The notes under the pieces: generated by a model
What the model was told of the DNA's origin: nothing
The model's database searches: none
The model's input: the letters and a program-made list of their open reading frames with translations, nothing else
Shown: piece after piece, positions 13,100-25,700 of the stretch
Layout of the letters: the number at the start of each line of letters is the position of its first letter
Numbering within the stretch: position 1 is the stretch's first letter
NCBI GenBank assembly: GCA_040143965.1
Contig: JASJQH010006883.1
Location: 1 to 60,323 of the forward strand
From: Basidiobolus ranarum
Lineage: Eukaryota
Length of the DNA stretch: 60,323 nucleotides
Reading direction: 5' to 3'
Translations under genes and position numbers: made by a program

Positions 13100-13375
13100 G
13101 ATATAGAATTCATGGGAGCTTTCTTTTGGTGAAGAATGAATAATCTTTCCCCTGTAGTATTAGACATGTACGATGTGCTGTGGATATATGGGAACCAAGG
13201 TGAAGAATATGTTCAGGAAGGTCCCAAGAACATGTATACAAAGTTTATGAACTTCCAAGTTGGTCTCAATATTGAGCGTAAATTCATGAAGATACTGAAT
13301 AATAACAGAGTGAAATTTAGGTAGCTAACTATACGACTATATAGATGCTTAAGCTATATCATTTCCAACAAAGGA
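13100..13375 (-). repeat. Repeat copy D: older, more degenerate inverted copy of the same unit (left boundary approximate)
   Basis: agaatatgttcaggaaggtcccaagaacatgtatacaaagttt (13204-13246) and gactatatagatgctt...ttccaaca (13336-13370) match the reverse complement of copy A. Confidence 0.7.
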
Positions 13376-13420
13376 TTGGTGGCCAGGATTATCTCCAAGT
13401 TAGATCCAAAAATGGGATTT

Positions 13421-13806
13421 TATCTAACTCAAGAAATACTTTGAAAATCAACAATGCTGCTAATGGCAATATAAAAGCGTGGATATTCATATAGCCTACT
13501 GATTGTTAAAGTATTTTGGGAGCCTGTTGGAAGTAGTTTGGAGAATTAGAGAAATTGGTGGCTTTCACTTATTGGGTTATTGAGTAGAAAGTTGAAATTT
13601 TTAGTTTTGTCAAGAGGTAAGCAAACAAACATGTAGAATGTGCTAAGAAAGGTCCCAGGTTCATGTGTACAAAGTTTGGGGCTTCTAGTACAAGTTATCA
13701 AAATCTATATATCTGAGAACTTCTAAGTAAATTTTAATTGAGAATAGTGGGTGATATCTTAGTGAAATATGGAGTAACTAAGCACTAAGCTATATACAGC
13801 TACATA
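13421..13806 (-). repeat. Repeat copy B: inverted partner of copy A (unit 13504-13806, outer ~28 bp missing; inner extension 13421-13503)
   Basis: The reverse complement of 13462-13503 (atcagtaggctatatgaatatccacgcttttatattgccatt) matches 8447-8487, a segment absent from the foldback arms. Confidence 0.9.
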
Positions 13807-14217
13807 TTTTTTTTTGTCACTAGATGTTTTATTAAATTGAAAAGGAATCATTATATTTGTAGAAGATTGTTGGATAATTGATTTTTATTCAACACCTTAG
13901 TTAACTTTAGTTATGACATATATATCAGAAACAGAAAGCAACATATCTAGCCCCTATATTCTAATTAGGAATATCTCTATATCTATATAACCAGTATGTT
14001 GTATTACCCTCACTTATCTATTATATCCTATTACACAAACTTCTGAACATCTCAAACAATTAATTAACTTCTCTGCTTTATAACTCACTATATTCTCTTA
14101 AGAGTAAAGCAACTAAAGCACTATCATAAGTTGCCTCTAATATACAAAGTCTACACCCAATATGTCAAGATCCTCCAAAAAAATGAAGTATTGATATATG
14201 CTTCTAAAGTACTGCAG

Positions 14218-14993
14218 TGTTGAAATTAGCATTGCCTAAACACCTGTATAGTCATATATAGCTCAGTACTCAGTTATCCTATATTTCACTAAGATATCAT
14301 CCATTATTCTCAATTGGAATTAACTTAGAATATTGACACCAACTTAGAAGTTCTCAGATATATAGATTTTTCAAACTTGTGCTAGAAGCCCCAAACTTTG
14401 CGCACATGTTTCTGGGACTTTTCTTAACACATTCTACGCATCAGTTTGCTTATATCTTAATAAAACTATAAATGTCAACTCTACTCAATAAATCAACAAG
14501 TGAAACCACCAATTTCTCTAATTCTCCAAACCACTTCCAACAGGCTCCCAGATACTTTAACATAAAGAACTTGGGGGTTTTGAGCAAGTTGGGAAGTTTT
14601 GTTTTTGAAATATTCAGTAGATGTACAACAAATATGTTAGACAAGATATACATATGCTGAAGTGCTTGTTAAAGTATCTGGGAGTCTGTTGGAAGTGGTT
14701 TGGGGAATTATAGAAATTGGGAGTTTCACTTATTGATTTATTGAGTTGAAAGCTGACATTTATAGTTTTGTAAAGATATAAGCAAACTGATGTGTAGAAT
14801 ATGTTAAGAAAGGTCCCAGGAACATGTGCGCAAAGTTTGGGGCTTCCAGCACAAGTTTGAAAAATCTATATATCTGAGAACTTCTAAGTAAATTCCTCAT
14901 GAGAATATGGGTAATATCTTAGTTCAATATAAGATAACTAAATACTAAGCTATATATGACTATATAGGTGTTTAGGCAATACTAATTTTAATA
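14218..14993. mobile_element. Non-autonomous foldback/MITE-like element: two inverted ~330-345-bp arms around a 104-bp spacer
   Basis: Left arm 14218-14562 (tgttgaaattag...gatactttaaca), spacer 14563-14666, right arm 14667-14993 (tgttaaagtatc...ctaattttaata). No coding capacity and no target-site duplication recognised. Confidence 0.75.
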
Positions 14994-15217
14994 ATAATAA
15001 AATGAATAAACACCAACATTCTGTTCTTTCAATGCCTCTCTTGAATGTAAGGAAAAAGCAGCTTTATTTTTTACAGAATCAAAAATTCAAGATAGATGAT
15101 CACCTTTCATGGGAATGTGTAAGTTCAAAATAATATCACAATCAAGAAAATTAGATTACTATAGATATACAAATATATAATCAATAATGAAGTCTGTTTA
15201 ATAGACTTGGATTTGAA

Positions 15218-18200
15218 TCACATTGGAGCTTCCCGTTTGATGCCTATTACGTTTAAGGCGGTAGGCAAAATCAGCTCCCACGACCCACCACACACACACG
15301 CCTTCCGAAACATAGCTTGCCAGGGAGTGAGGCTTTCATGAGGAACATTCTCATCAATTTCAGCAGCTGAGTAGTGAAGGCATCTATTATATAGAAATCA
15401 AATAGATGAGATCGTGTGAATAAGAAATGGATTGAATATCACATAAATATAACCTTTTGCATTGAGAAATATGATTTGCTCTGAGAAGTCTGCATTTTCG
15501 AACAACATCTATACACCCTTTAGCGTATTCGAAATGTTTCTTGGAATTCATCTTGAATTTGATGCTTTTATCGACCTCACGTAACTCCAGCCATTCCAAA
15601 TCATAAAAGAAAATGTTGGATTTTTCGAAATTCTCACCAAACCGTTCCTTGAATAGATCTTGAATCTGCTGAATCGAGTCTTTGAGCGGGGAAGGGACAA
15701 CAGATTCAGATATGGCTATACTATCGATTTCATGACGATTTATATCTAAACGTTGGAGATTGAGTAAGTAAAAGGAATGGATAACAACCCTCCACATGTT
15801 TATACCTGAAGATGCCTTTTTCTCAGCGACGATGGTCGAAACTTGGCCAAAATAATTCTGAAGATCACCGAGTTGAAATGGTCGTTTGGTAATGATGTCG
15901 TTGATGCTCTTTAGATATTCCCCATATGCCTCAGAGTTGTTCTGTTCAATGTGCAATTTGAGCCCAGAGATCAGAAAGAGAACTTTACGAATAGTAAACA
16001 CAATATTTGAACAATAATACAACGCCATGTGAGAGGGGTTCGCTGATGTCTCGGTACTGTCATCTATAGCATTGACCTCAAGTGTTAATAATCAAGTTAA
16101 TGAAAATTCACCCACTGTTTACTTACTGGTTGTTGAGACAGGTGGTCCACTTATATTGAAGAACGAATGAGTATTGCGTAATATAAATACACATGCATCC
16201 AAAACCCATGCAACAAGAGGCAATAGCGATTTGATCGTTTCCGGGTCAAATTCGTGAGCCTTGGACATCAAATCCTTAGTATTTTCTTCTAGATAGGTAT
16301 TAATCTCCTCCAGATCTTCACGACAACTAGCCATGAATGACTCAAGAATAAATTGAAACTGCAATGCTAGGTATATGTTGATGTATTGGATGGGCTTTCC
16401 GTTGGCATATTTAAACATGAGAAATTGAGTGGCGTAAATTCGTCTTATTAAAGCCAAATCAAGAGTGATCTCTTGTTTCTCAGAGGCGGTATACAAAACA
16501 ACATGGAGTTTTTGGAGAATTTTCTCTGGCAATTCTACAAATAACCAGAATGGCGTTAATTTAGGACATTTAAAATCAATTCGATGATTTAGTTACTCTT
16601 GTCATTAGTTTCTTTGGCTAATCGGAGGATCGCTTCAATCAAGTCGGTTGGATCGATATTATTTAATATGCACAGTGCCATTTGACGACTCAGGTGATCG
16701 GTGTAAAGCTCTACGTCTAAAAAAATAGCTGGTTTTAGACGCAATGAACACTACTCTGATAGATGATAGTTTGATGACAATACCAGGGTCACTAATGATA
16801 TCCAGTGGCAGTTTACGGAATTGTCTTTTCGAATCTAACACTAGAAGATAAACTTCATTTGGAGACGTGCAGCAGTCCAAGGGGAAAACTAGGGATAGTG
16901 TGCTTATTAGTATAGAGTAGTGAGTTAGATGGTACGTAGTATGGAGTTTACCAGCTTGATTGTCATTGTGGTCCAGTATTTTAGTATACCCGACGGAATT
17001 CAACGAAAAACTGTTCAATAAAGATCCTCTTAGGTTAATATACTTTCGTATTCAATAACTAATAGTAGGTTACTGACCTATCTCTAAGCTCTAAATTTCC
17101 ATTAGAAAGACCAAGACAAATCCGCTGATCGGACTTCAATAAGACAACGCATGTAACGACTGCGTCTTTGATTTCGGCATCGCATACGTATTCAAGTATC
17201 TACATGTGCATGTAAGCTCAGCAATAGTAGATATAGTGAACAAGTATAGTATATATCTACCCATTTTTTGATGTCAGGTGGGTTTTCTAATTCTGCAGAC
17301 ACAATACTTTGGAAGGCGGAATGTAATTTAACCACAGTCTCCTTTAATTCCCAGCAATAAAGCCTACTGACATATTTGGCATCTGATGTTCCTAGTGAAA
17401 GATGTTGATCAGTTAACTTACAGTCAAATAGTTGTGAGTATTTGGCATAATACCTTGATCTTTCCCAGTAATAATTAGAATCCTTGTATTTCTTTCACCG
17501 CCAGGAGGTAAAATCTTAAGGTGTAGTAACGAGCAGTGCGGATTTTCCAGGAAATAAGAATCCACTGCCTGGTCTGATAGATGAAGTTTCGCAACCGCCT
17601 GGCATTGAATTGCTAAAGCTAAATTTATAGTTAATATTTGAATATGCAATACTAATCGAGGTAATAACGATAACACCTGGATCTACGGCAAGGAATTGGA
17701 TTGTGACTTCGAATAGGGATAGCATTTTTGTTTGGGAATTTGCTTGGTAAACTGCCAACAGAAATTTTCCATCTAATGAAGAGTGAATAGATTAATAACA
17801 AGCTTAACTAATGGATGAAATCACTAGTTTACCGTTTGTAAGAACAATATCACAATGTGAGATACGGTTCCCGTCACCATCTTTTCCACCAAAATAAGGA
17901 AGGGAAGCTTCTAGCTTAGAAAATAACGTGCCTTCATGTTGAAAATGCACAACAATCTATAATCATTGAGAGAAAGCATAAGAAGGGGGAAGCAAGGGGG
18001 GAAGCAAAAAAACAATAAAACCAATACTTACTCGTCCAGAAGCCAGCACAACTAAGAAAGCTAAATGTCCGTATGGGTTCCGTGGTCCCTTGAAAGGGGT
18101 CCTAGAAAAGTGATATGCATCATCTTCACTTGTATCCATCTGCGTTTCGTCTTTCTCTGGCTCCATGGGAGGTTTGATTTGGTACTAAAATAGGTCCATT

Positions 18201-18942
18201 AAAAAATCTCTTTGTTGAGTGATTTGTGTTTTCAATAGATATAATAAGTGGCTAATACATTTCTGTCGGTTTGAAGCCATTCAAAACGAATTACGGGCTG
18301 TTCGAAATTAGTTTCGTATATACACTCCCATTCATTAATGTAAGTCTATAAAGAAATAACGTATACGTCAGTCAAAGAATTTATCTGTCATTCTCTAATC
18401 TAATGACCAACCTTGTTTTCCCACAAAACGATTTTCCCAGCTTCATCAATTGAAGCCAAACAAGCACCCCTTTGATTCCAAACAAAATCAATAACCTTGT
18501 GATTTTCATGATGACGATTTGCAATGTCGACCGGGATCGGGTTGCAAGGGAAATCTTTAACATCTACGTTGGGTGTATTCACGATGGTAGTTATCTGCGA
18601 ACTATTTGACGTGCACATAAAGAATTAATATAATAACACGAATATATTACGAACACATGAAGCCTAACGTTTTTAGTTCGTTTTCGTTTTTAATCGTTGG
18701 ATCGATGGTTTGGTTTGGAGGAGAGGTAGCGTGAGCAATTACATTTTGAGAGGACCAACTTGAGTGTCTACGAAATGAATGAGAAACTTAGTTATAGGCT
18801 TGAAGAAAAAGTCAAACTAAAACGCGTGAATTCCACAGGTACTTGAAACTAATACTCACCGACTTTTTCCTTGAAAACAAAGTGATGAGTAGATAAAGTC
18901 TAACTTATTCCAAGGTGTCAGTGGTGTATCTGTTTGTGTCAT
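15218..18942 (-). CDS. MED16: Mediator complex subunit Med16 (Sin4), multi-exon
   Basis: N-terminal SSWSSQNVIA and WD-like VIDFVWNQRGACLASIDEAGKIVLWEN. C-terminal Cys motif CIDVVRK...QCKR|CLHYS...PWQAMFRKACVCGGSW is characteristic of Med16. ATG at 18942 and stop at 15218-15220 are inferred. Confidence 0.82.
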
Positions 18943-19778
18943 TTCTATTTATGAACGTTTGGAGGCGCCAACTGTTATTTGACCAACTCTATGCTAATTC
19001 TCGATAGTAAATTTTAGCGTGTGAGGTCAAAGGTACTAAAAATCTTGGTTGATAAAATAGGGTCCATTGGAGTAACCCTTAAAATTCAACACCTTGACTA
19101 TATTTGACATTTGCAAGAATACAAACTATCGAACTGAGCAATCCTCATGTGATGCGATTCTAAGCAGATGATTCTTGATTTATTTAGTTAAAGCGTGAAC
19201 ATCAGTCGCAGCTAATTCGGTAAAAAAGAAGGTATTTAAATCTGGAATTTACTGCACTAAGTCTATTTCTAGAATGCAGAAAGTTTGTATGATGGAATGC
19301 TATCTACAGTAAGATCGGTGATCGTTGAATTTACATGCCTCAAAAGTGGGTAGAGTGACGAGTAAGCAACAGATCATGTCCACAAGAAAGTGCCAATATT
19401 ATTGTAAAAAATTTTCGGATCATTGCTCATGTCAAAGTCAAGCATTAATCAAAATAAACAAAAATATTATCCACTACATGATGTAAGTGATTGGCTGATC
19501 ATGGAGGATATTTTGCATTGTTTTCATACAAAAAAACATCTAGAATATGATCAACGAGTTTCAATAAAGCTGTAATCACCGTCTGAGGTTATGCTCACCT
19601 ATTGTTTATCCTTTTCTTGTTTCTAACATAAATATCAAATTGTGGCCTTGCCTAGTTCCTTGAGAAAAATTGAGGTGTAACTAGAGTTCTTTAGACGGAC
19701 TATATTAAATATTTGCCATCGAAACATAAATCATCAGTATATTGATCTTTTCAACAGAATTAACACATTGCTGGAACA

Positions 19779-22700
19779 ATGGATCCCGATAAAATCAATG
19801 TGGCTATTAGGGCAAGACCCTTGAATCAAAGGGAGATAAACGGTGGACAACGTTCTGAGTGGGCGATCGAAGGCAACAGTATATGTCTCGCTTCACAAGA
19901 CAATCGTGCTCCAACATCAACATATTATTTTGGTATGTTTATTTCGTTTTCATGTCCTTCTTCACAGTAAGTTAAACTGTCCATTTTTTACGTTAGATAA
20001 AATTTTTTCTGAGGAAGCTGATACTTCAAAAATTTACGACGTTGTGGCGAAGAATATTATTCTATCAACCATGAACGGTGTTAATGGTAAATTCAAAATC
20101 CGTTGTTTCTTTTTCTATTCATTTTTCTGACTTTGATTTTCTCGTAGGAACCATTTTTGCATATGGACAAACATCCTCTGGTAAAACGGTAAGCACTTTG
20201 ATGGTTTGTGAACGTGTTTGTTGCTATATTTGACTAATTGCGTGAATATCATTAATATAGTTTACCATGCATGGATGTAAAGAAGAACCTGGTATTATTC
20301 CTATGGCTATCCAAGATATATTTCGGTATATATTGGAGACACCCGATCGAGAGTTCTTACTGCGTGTATCATACCTGGAAATTTACAATGAAGTAATCAA
20401 AGATTTGTTGAACCCCGAAAATCAAAATTTAAAAATTCACGAAGATCCCACACGTGGTGTCTTCGTAGGGAAACTCACAGAGGCCATTGTCCTTAGTCCT
20501 GAAGAAGTCATTCAACTCATGAAGAAAGGAGAAAGTAACAGACACGTCGGAGAAACAAACATGAATGAAAGAAGTAGTCGTTCGCATACTATATTCCGCA
20601 TGATTATTGAAAGTCGAGAGAGATCAAAGGAATCTAAACGCGATTCTCAAACCAATGTAGGAGGTGCTGTCAAAGTATCATCTTTGAATTTAGTCGATTT
20701 AGCTGGTTCAGAAAGAGTAGGACAAACAGGAGCGGAAGGAATTCGTTTGAGAGAAGGTGGTCATATTAACAAAAGTTTATTGGCCTTGGGGACTGTCATT
20801 GCCAAGTTGGCTGACCAAGATAGTGATCGTGGACATATTCCTTATCGTGATTCAAAATTGACCAGAATTCTGCAACCGTCACTTGGTGGTAATGCTCGTA
20901 CCGCTATAATCTGTGCTATCACTACTGCTAGTAGCTTTTACGAAGAAACCATTAGTACTCTCAAATTCGCTAGTAGAGCAAAAACCATCAGTAACAAGCC
21001 TGAAGTCAACGAGGTTCTCACTGATGAAGTTCTTTTGAAGAGATATCGAAAGCAAATTAACTCTCTAAAGAAACAACTGGATGAGGTCAAAAATCAAAAA
21101 GAAGATGACGAAACCAAAACCCAGACTCCTGACAAAAGGTTACGTACCATGTTGAAGGAGAAGGAAGAGGAGAAAACTCGATTACTTAGTCATTATGAGA
21201 ATCTCAAAAAAATGATCCTTACGTCAACGCATATGAACTCCTCAGCAAACATCAAGGCTGCTCAAAAGGTCAGAAGACGCACGTGGTTTCCCGGATTTAA
21301 CAATGATAGAGCTGAAATAGGTGATTTAGACACTGACACCAATGGCAATTTCGACGTCAAGCGAAAGGCTGAACGTGTTAGTATCGTGCATCAAGAAACG
21401 AGCACCGAAATTCTTGACAAAGTTACTCATGAAATGACTAAAATTAAGAAAGAAAAGGACAATTTCTCAGTTCGTGTAAATTCTCTTATGGATGATCGTC
21501 AGAAGATTGTTTCAGCTATCGAAGAACTTATCGAATCTGATGTTTCTGAACAACAACTCGAGGCTCTACCCCAAGAACTCAAGTCTCTTGGTGATTATCT
21601 AAACAACCTCAAATCATCTCTAGAATACAACAAGTGCATAATTCAAAAGAATGCTGAAATGTATTCTGAAACGGAGCGATTCTTACAAATGGAAACTAAA
21701 TCCATCCAAACTGCTTATCAGGAGAAAGTTGATGAGTACGAAAAGACTAAGCAAAGCTTACAAGCAATCATCGATGAGACTCAAAATCACATGCAAGATT
21801 ACGAAATGAAGCAAAAGAAAATCGTAGAAGAGCGAGATGCTGAAATCCAAACAGCCAGAAAATCACTTGCTGACCTTGAAATTAAGTACAACGATATCCT
21901 CGAGACAAAAGAAAAAGAGCTCTTGACAGCAGAAACAGAAATTCAAAATCTTACTGAAGCGAAGGCAGTTCTCGAGGAGCAGGTTGAGGAAATTAACGCT
22001 GAGGCTGATGAGCTTGTCTTACAATTCAACACTCAGTTAAAGGAAAAGCAAGAGGAGATTGAAAATGCTGTCCAAAAGTTAAACGAACTTCAGGATGAGT
22101 TTGAGCAGGAGCTACAGAATCACCAAACAGAAGTACAAGACTATCAAGCACAATTGGAGAGCATTGCAGAAGAACATGTTCAGATTGTTCAAAATAGTCA
22201 GGAAGAGCTAAACAAAATCAAGATTGAGCTTGAGCAACTTCAAGAAGTCAAAGCTAACTTAGAAACTTCGAAGGAAGAGGAGCTGTCCCTACTGAAGGAG
22301 GCAATGGCAAATCAGGAAGAAAAAGCTAAGGAAGAAATTCAGCAAATTACTGAATCACGCGACGCCGCCAAGGGTGATCTCGATATGGTGAAGTCACAGC
22401 TTGCTGAAATGGAAAGTGTTCATGAAGAGAAATCAAAGGAACTTGAAAGCACTATTCGCCGTCTTTCAGAAGAACATGATTCTGTAATCAGCCAAAAAGA
22501 ATCTCTTCAAAAGGAAATGTCTAAGGTGCAAAGTGAATATGAATCTTTATGTGCGGAGCATTCATCTTCTAAAGAGATGATCGAAAAATTGGAGCAGGAG
22601 TCGTCTGAAATGACAGCAGCCCATTCTTCCCTTCAAAAATCATACGAGGAAGTAGATGACCAACGTCAATCATTAGTGGATCGAAATACGGAACTTCTAT

Positions 22701-25700
22701 CCAAGTTAGTGCAATTGGAGGAGCGTTTGGTTGCCTCCGAAAAAGCTGCTGGTGAATTGCACGAGGATTTGGCAAGGCTTCGTACTCTCAAGGTTGAGTT
22801 TAACAGCAAAGTTACTGAGGTTCAAGAGCTTCAATCTTTAGTTTCCAACCTCAAGGATAAGCTTGAATCGTCCAACTCCCAAATTGATCAGTTGAATGCT
22901 CAAGGTCAGGAATTGCTAAGTAACTTCGAGGAGACTAAAGAGCGACTCTCCAAGTCTGAGGACATGATCTCTAGTTTGGAGCAGGAGAAGAGTAACTTAT
23001 CTGAGCAATTGACCGAATCACTAAATGTTAATGCTGAGCTTAAGCAAGCGATGCAGGGAAGTAACTCTAGTATGTTTGAAATGCAGGAGATTGTCGAAAC
23101 TGAAAGACGTCGAATTAAGGAATTTGAGGCCAATACAAAGCAGCTTGGAATACAATTAAGTGAATTACAAGAAAGTCTTGATTCCAAAGAGTTGGAGCTT
23201 TCCGATGAGATTGAGAAAAGTAACTTGAAGTATGAAAACCTCCAAGAGCAATCGCAACGTGAGATCGAGGAAATTCGATCGAATTACGAGCAGATGTTGG
23301 AAGAAATGAAATCTGAACTCAATGAAGTACGAGATACTACTCAGCAAACAGAGCAACAGAAGAATGATCTGGAAATAGAGTTCAAAGGTATGCTTGACTC
23401 TGCTTTCGAAGAAAAAGATCTTATTCTTGAACAACTCACCAAATCGCAAGAGGAATGTGAATCCCTCAAAGAGAAGCTAGCTCTATGTGAAGCTAACTTT
23501 GCCGAGACAGAAAACTTGCTTGCTGATCAAAAAGCCCAAACTCAAAGCTCGATCAAGAGTTTACAAGAAGTCACGGCTCTTAAAGGAGAACTTCACATTA
23601 AGATAGCTATTCTAAAGAAGCAGCACACTTCGATCGTTCAAGAGCACAAGGAAGAAGTTCAAGCGCTTCAAAATTTGCTTGAACAAACTCTTTCACATTT
23701 CGTCGCATTTGTTGAGCAAAATCAATCAGATGTTGATCGTTTGGAGGCTGAGAAACAGGAAGCTATTGACAACTTTACTCAGGTGACCAAAGAACTGGAA
23801 GAATGGAAGGATAGTGCCAATAATAGTGATGATCGGTTAGCCAATGTAGCCAAGTCATTAGAGTGTGAAAAAGAAAGATCGGCTCACTTGACCAACGAAA
23901 TTACTAACATTACACGCGAACTAGAATCTACTAAAGAAACTCTCAAAGAAAAGGATATGCAGATTGAACTCCAATGTAATGAAGCTGAGGAAGCTTTGGC
24001 ACAGGCTTATGAAGAATCAACCGAAAATATCAGAAAGTTGAAGGAACTTCACGCTGAGCAGATCCGAGAATTAGAGCATTCACTGGAGAATGATGTAAAT
24101 GCTGCTAAAAACGAGGCCAGTGACAAGTTGAAATCAACTCAAGACACCTATGCTCAAAAAGTTCGTGAATTGGAAACCAAATTAGAGGAATCCACTAATG
24201 AATTAAATGATGTCCAAAATACACTATCCGAAACCGATGCCAAGTATAAACAGCTGAGTTCTAAGGTTGAAAGTGGCTTATATACTCCAGTTCAAGATTA
24301 CCAAAATGCTGTTGAAGCTCTTCACGCATACGAAACAGAGCTTACTAAAACTCTGGAAGTTCTGAAGAAAGAGCGAGCTCAAAGCGAGGCATTCAAGCAG
24401 AAGTACTACATGATATCAGAAGAACTTGACAATGTTAAAGAACAGATGCAAGAGCATGAGTTGATGATCTCCAACCAAACGACACATGATTTCGAAATTA
24501 AAATCAAGCAATTAGAAGAGGATCACAACCAAACCATCTTGACTCTTCGTAAACAAATGAGTGAAACCGAAAGCAATCTCAACTCTTCCAAACAATTGAT
24601 TTGTGATCAGGAAAGCAAATTGAAAGCAATGGAGGAAAATCATGCCCAGGATATGCAATCTTTAACTACAAGTCTTGAGGAAGCTCAACAAGCGCTAAAC
24701 GCTTCCCAGCTCCTCGTTTCTACTCGAGATGATACGATTAAAGAAATCGAAGACAAGCATGCCCAGACTTTACTTGAGCTGCGAGATAAAATCGCCGAAA
24801 CTGAACGAGATCTTGAGATCACTGAGCAGATGGCTTCTGATCAAACGACAGGCAATAAAGAGCTTACAGTGGAATTGGAATCTCTTCAAACAGAAATTCA
24901 AAATCTCAAGGAACAAAACAATCTCTTGCAACAAAACAAGTCAGATTTGGAAAGCAAGCAACAAGACCTCACCTCTTCAATTGAGGATTTGCAAGTCCAA
25001 TTGCAATCCTCGGCTGGTATATCTCAAGAGGCGGAAGACCTTAAGAAAGAGCTGTCAATTGCTGATGAAAGGTTACTACTTGCTGAAGAAGAACAATCTA
25101 CCCTTCAAGACCAAATCAAGAAGCAGAATGAACAGATCCAAAGTCTCACCGAAGAACTTGAAAATCTTGATAAAGATCTTAAGCAGCAATTGTCTAATGC
25201 TGAAGATATTAGTGTGTTGCGCAACCGTATTTCAGAGCTAGAAGATGATGTTCAGATTTCTCGAAGCGAAATATCTTCCTTTAAGCAAGAGAATGAACTC
25301 CTCGTAGAGGAGCTAACTCACTCAAAGGAAAAGATTGATCAAGTAACATCGGAGTTATCTTCAGGTGAGCACGAAAATGCCGTAAATCTACTCAATAGCG
25401 AGTTATCTGATCGGGAATCTGAGCTGAGAGCTATTCGAAAGGAGCTGACAAATTATAAGCAAGAAACTGAAAAGCAAATCATTAATTTGAAGAAAGAGAA
25501 TAAGGCGATAATGGATTCCTTGATGGAGGAATACGAAGTCAAAGAACAAATCTGGGTTTCTGAGAAGGAGAAGTATGATGCAACTGAGAAGCAACTTCAG
25601 CTTGAGATTGATAGAAATCAAATTGCCTTTGCAAAGGAGAACAAGCTCAATTCTCTCAAGGTTGTGGAACTGGAGGATAGAGTGCGTGAGTTAACGGAAA

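Noticed and set aside
8381-14660. Short ORFs at 8381, 13136, 14450 and 14472 (two share TTNFSNSPN)
   Set aside because: The similarity comes only from the DNA repeat; frames are not maintained between copies and there is no transposase motif.
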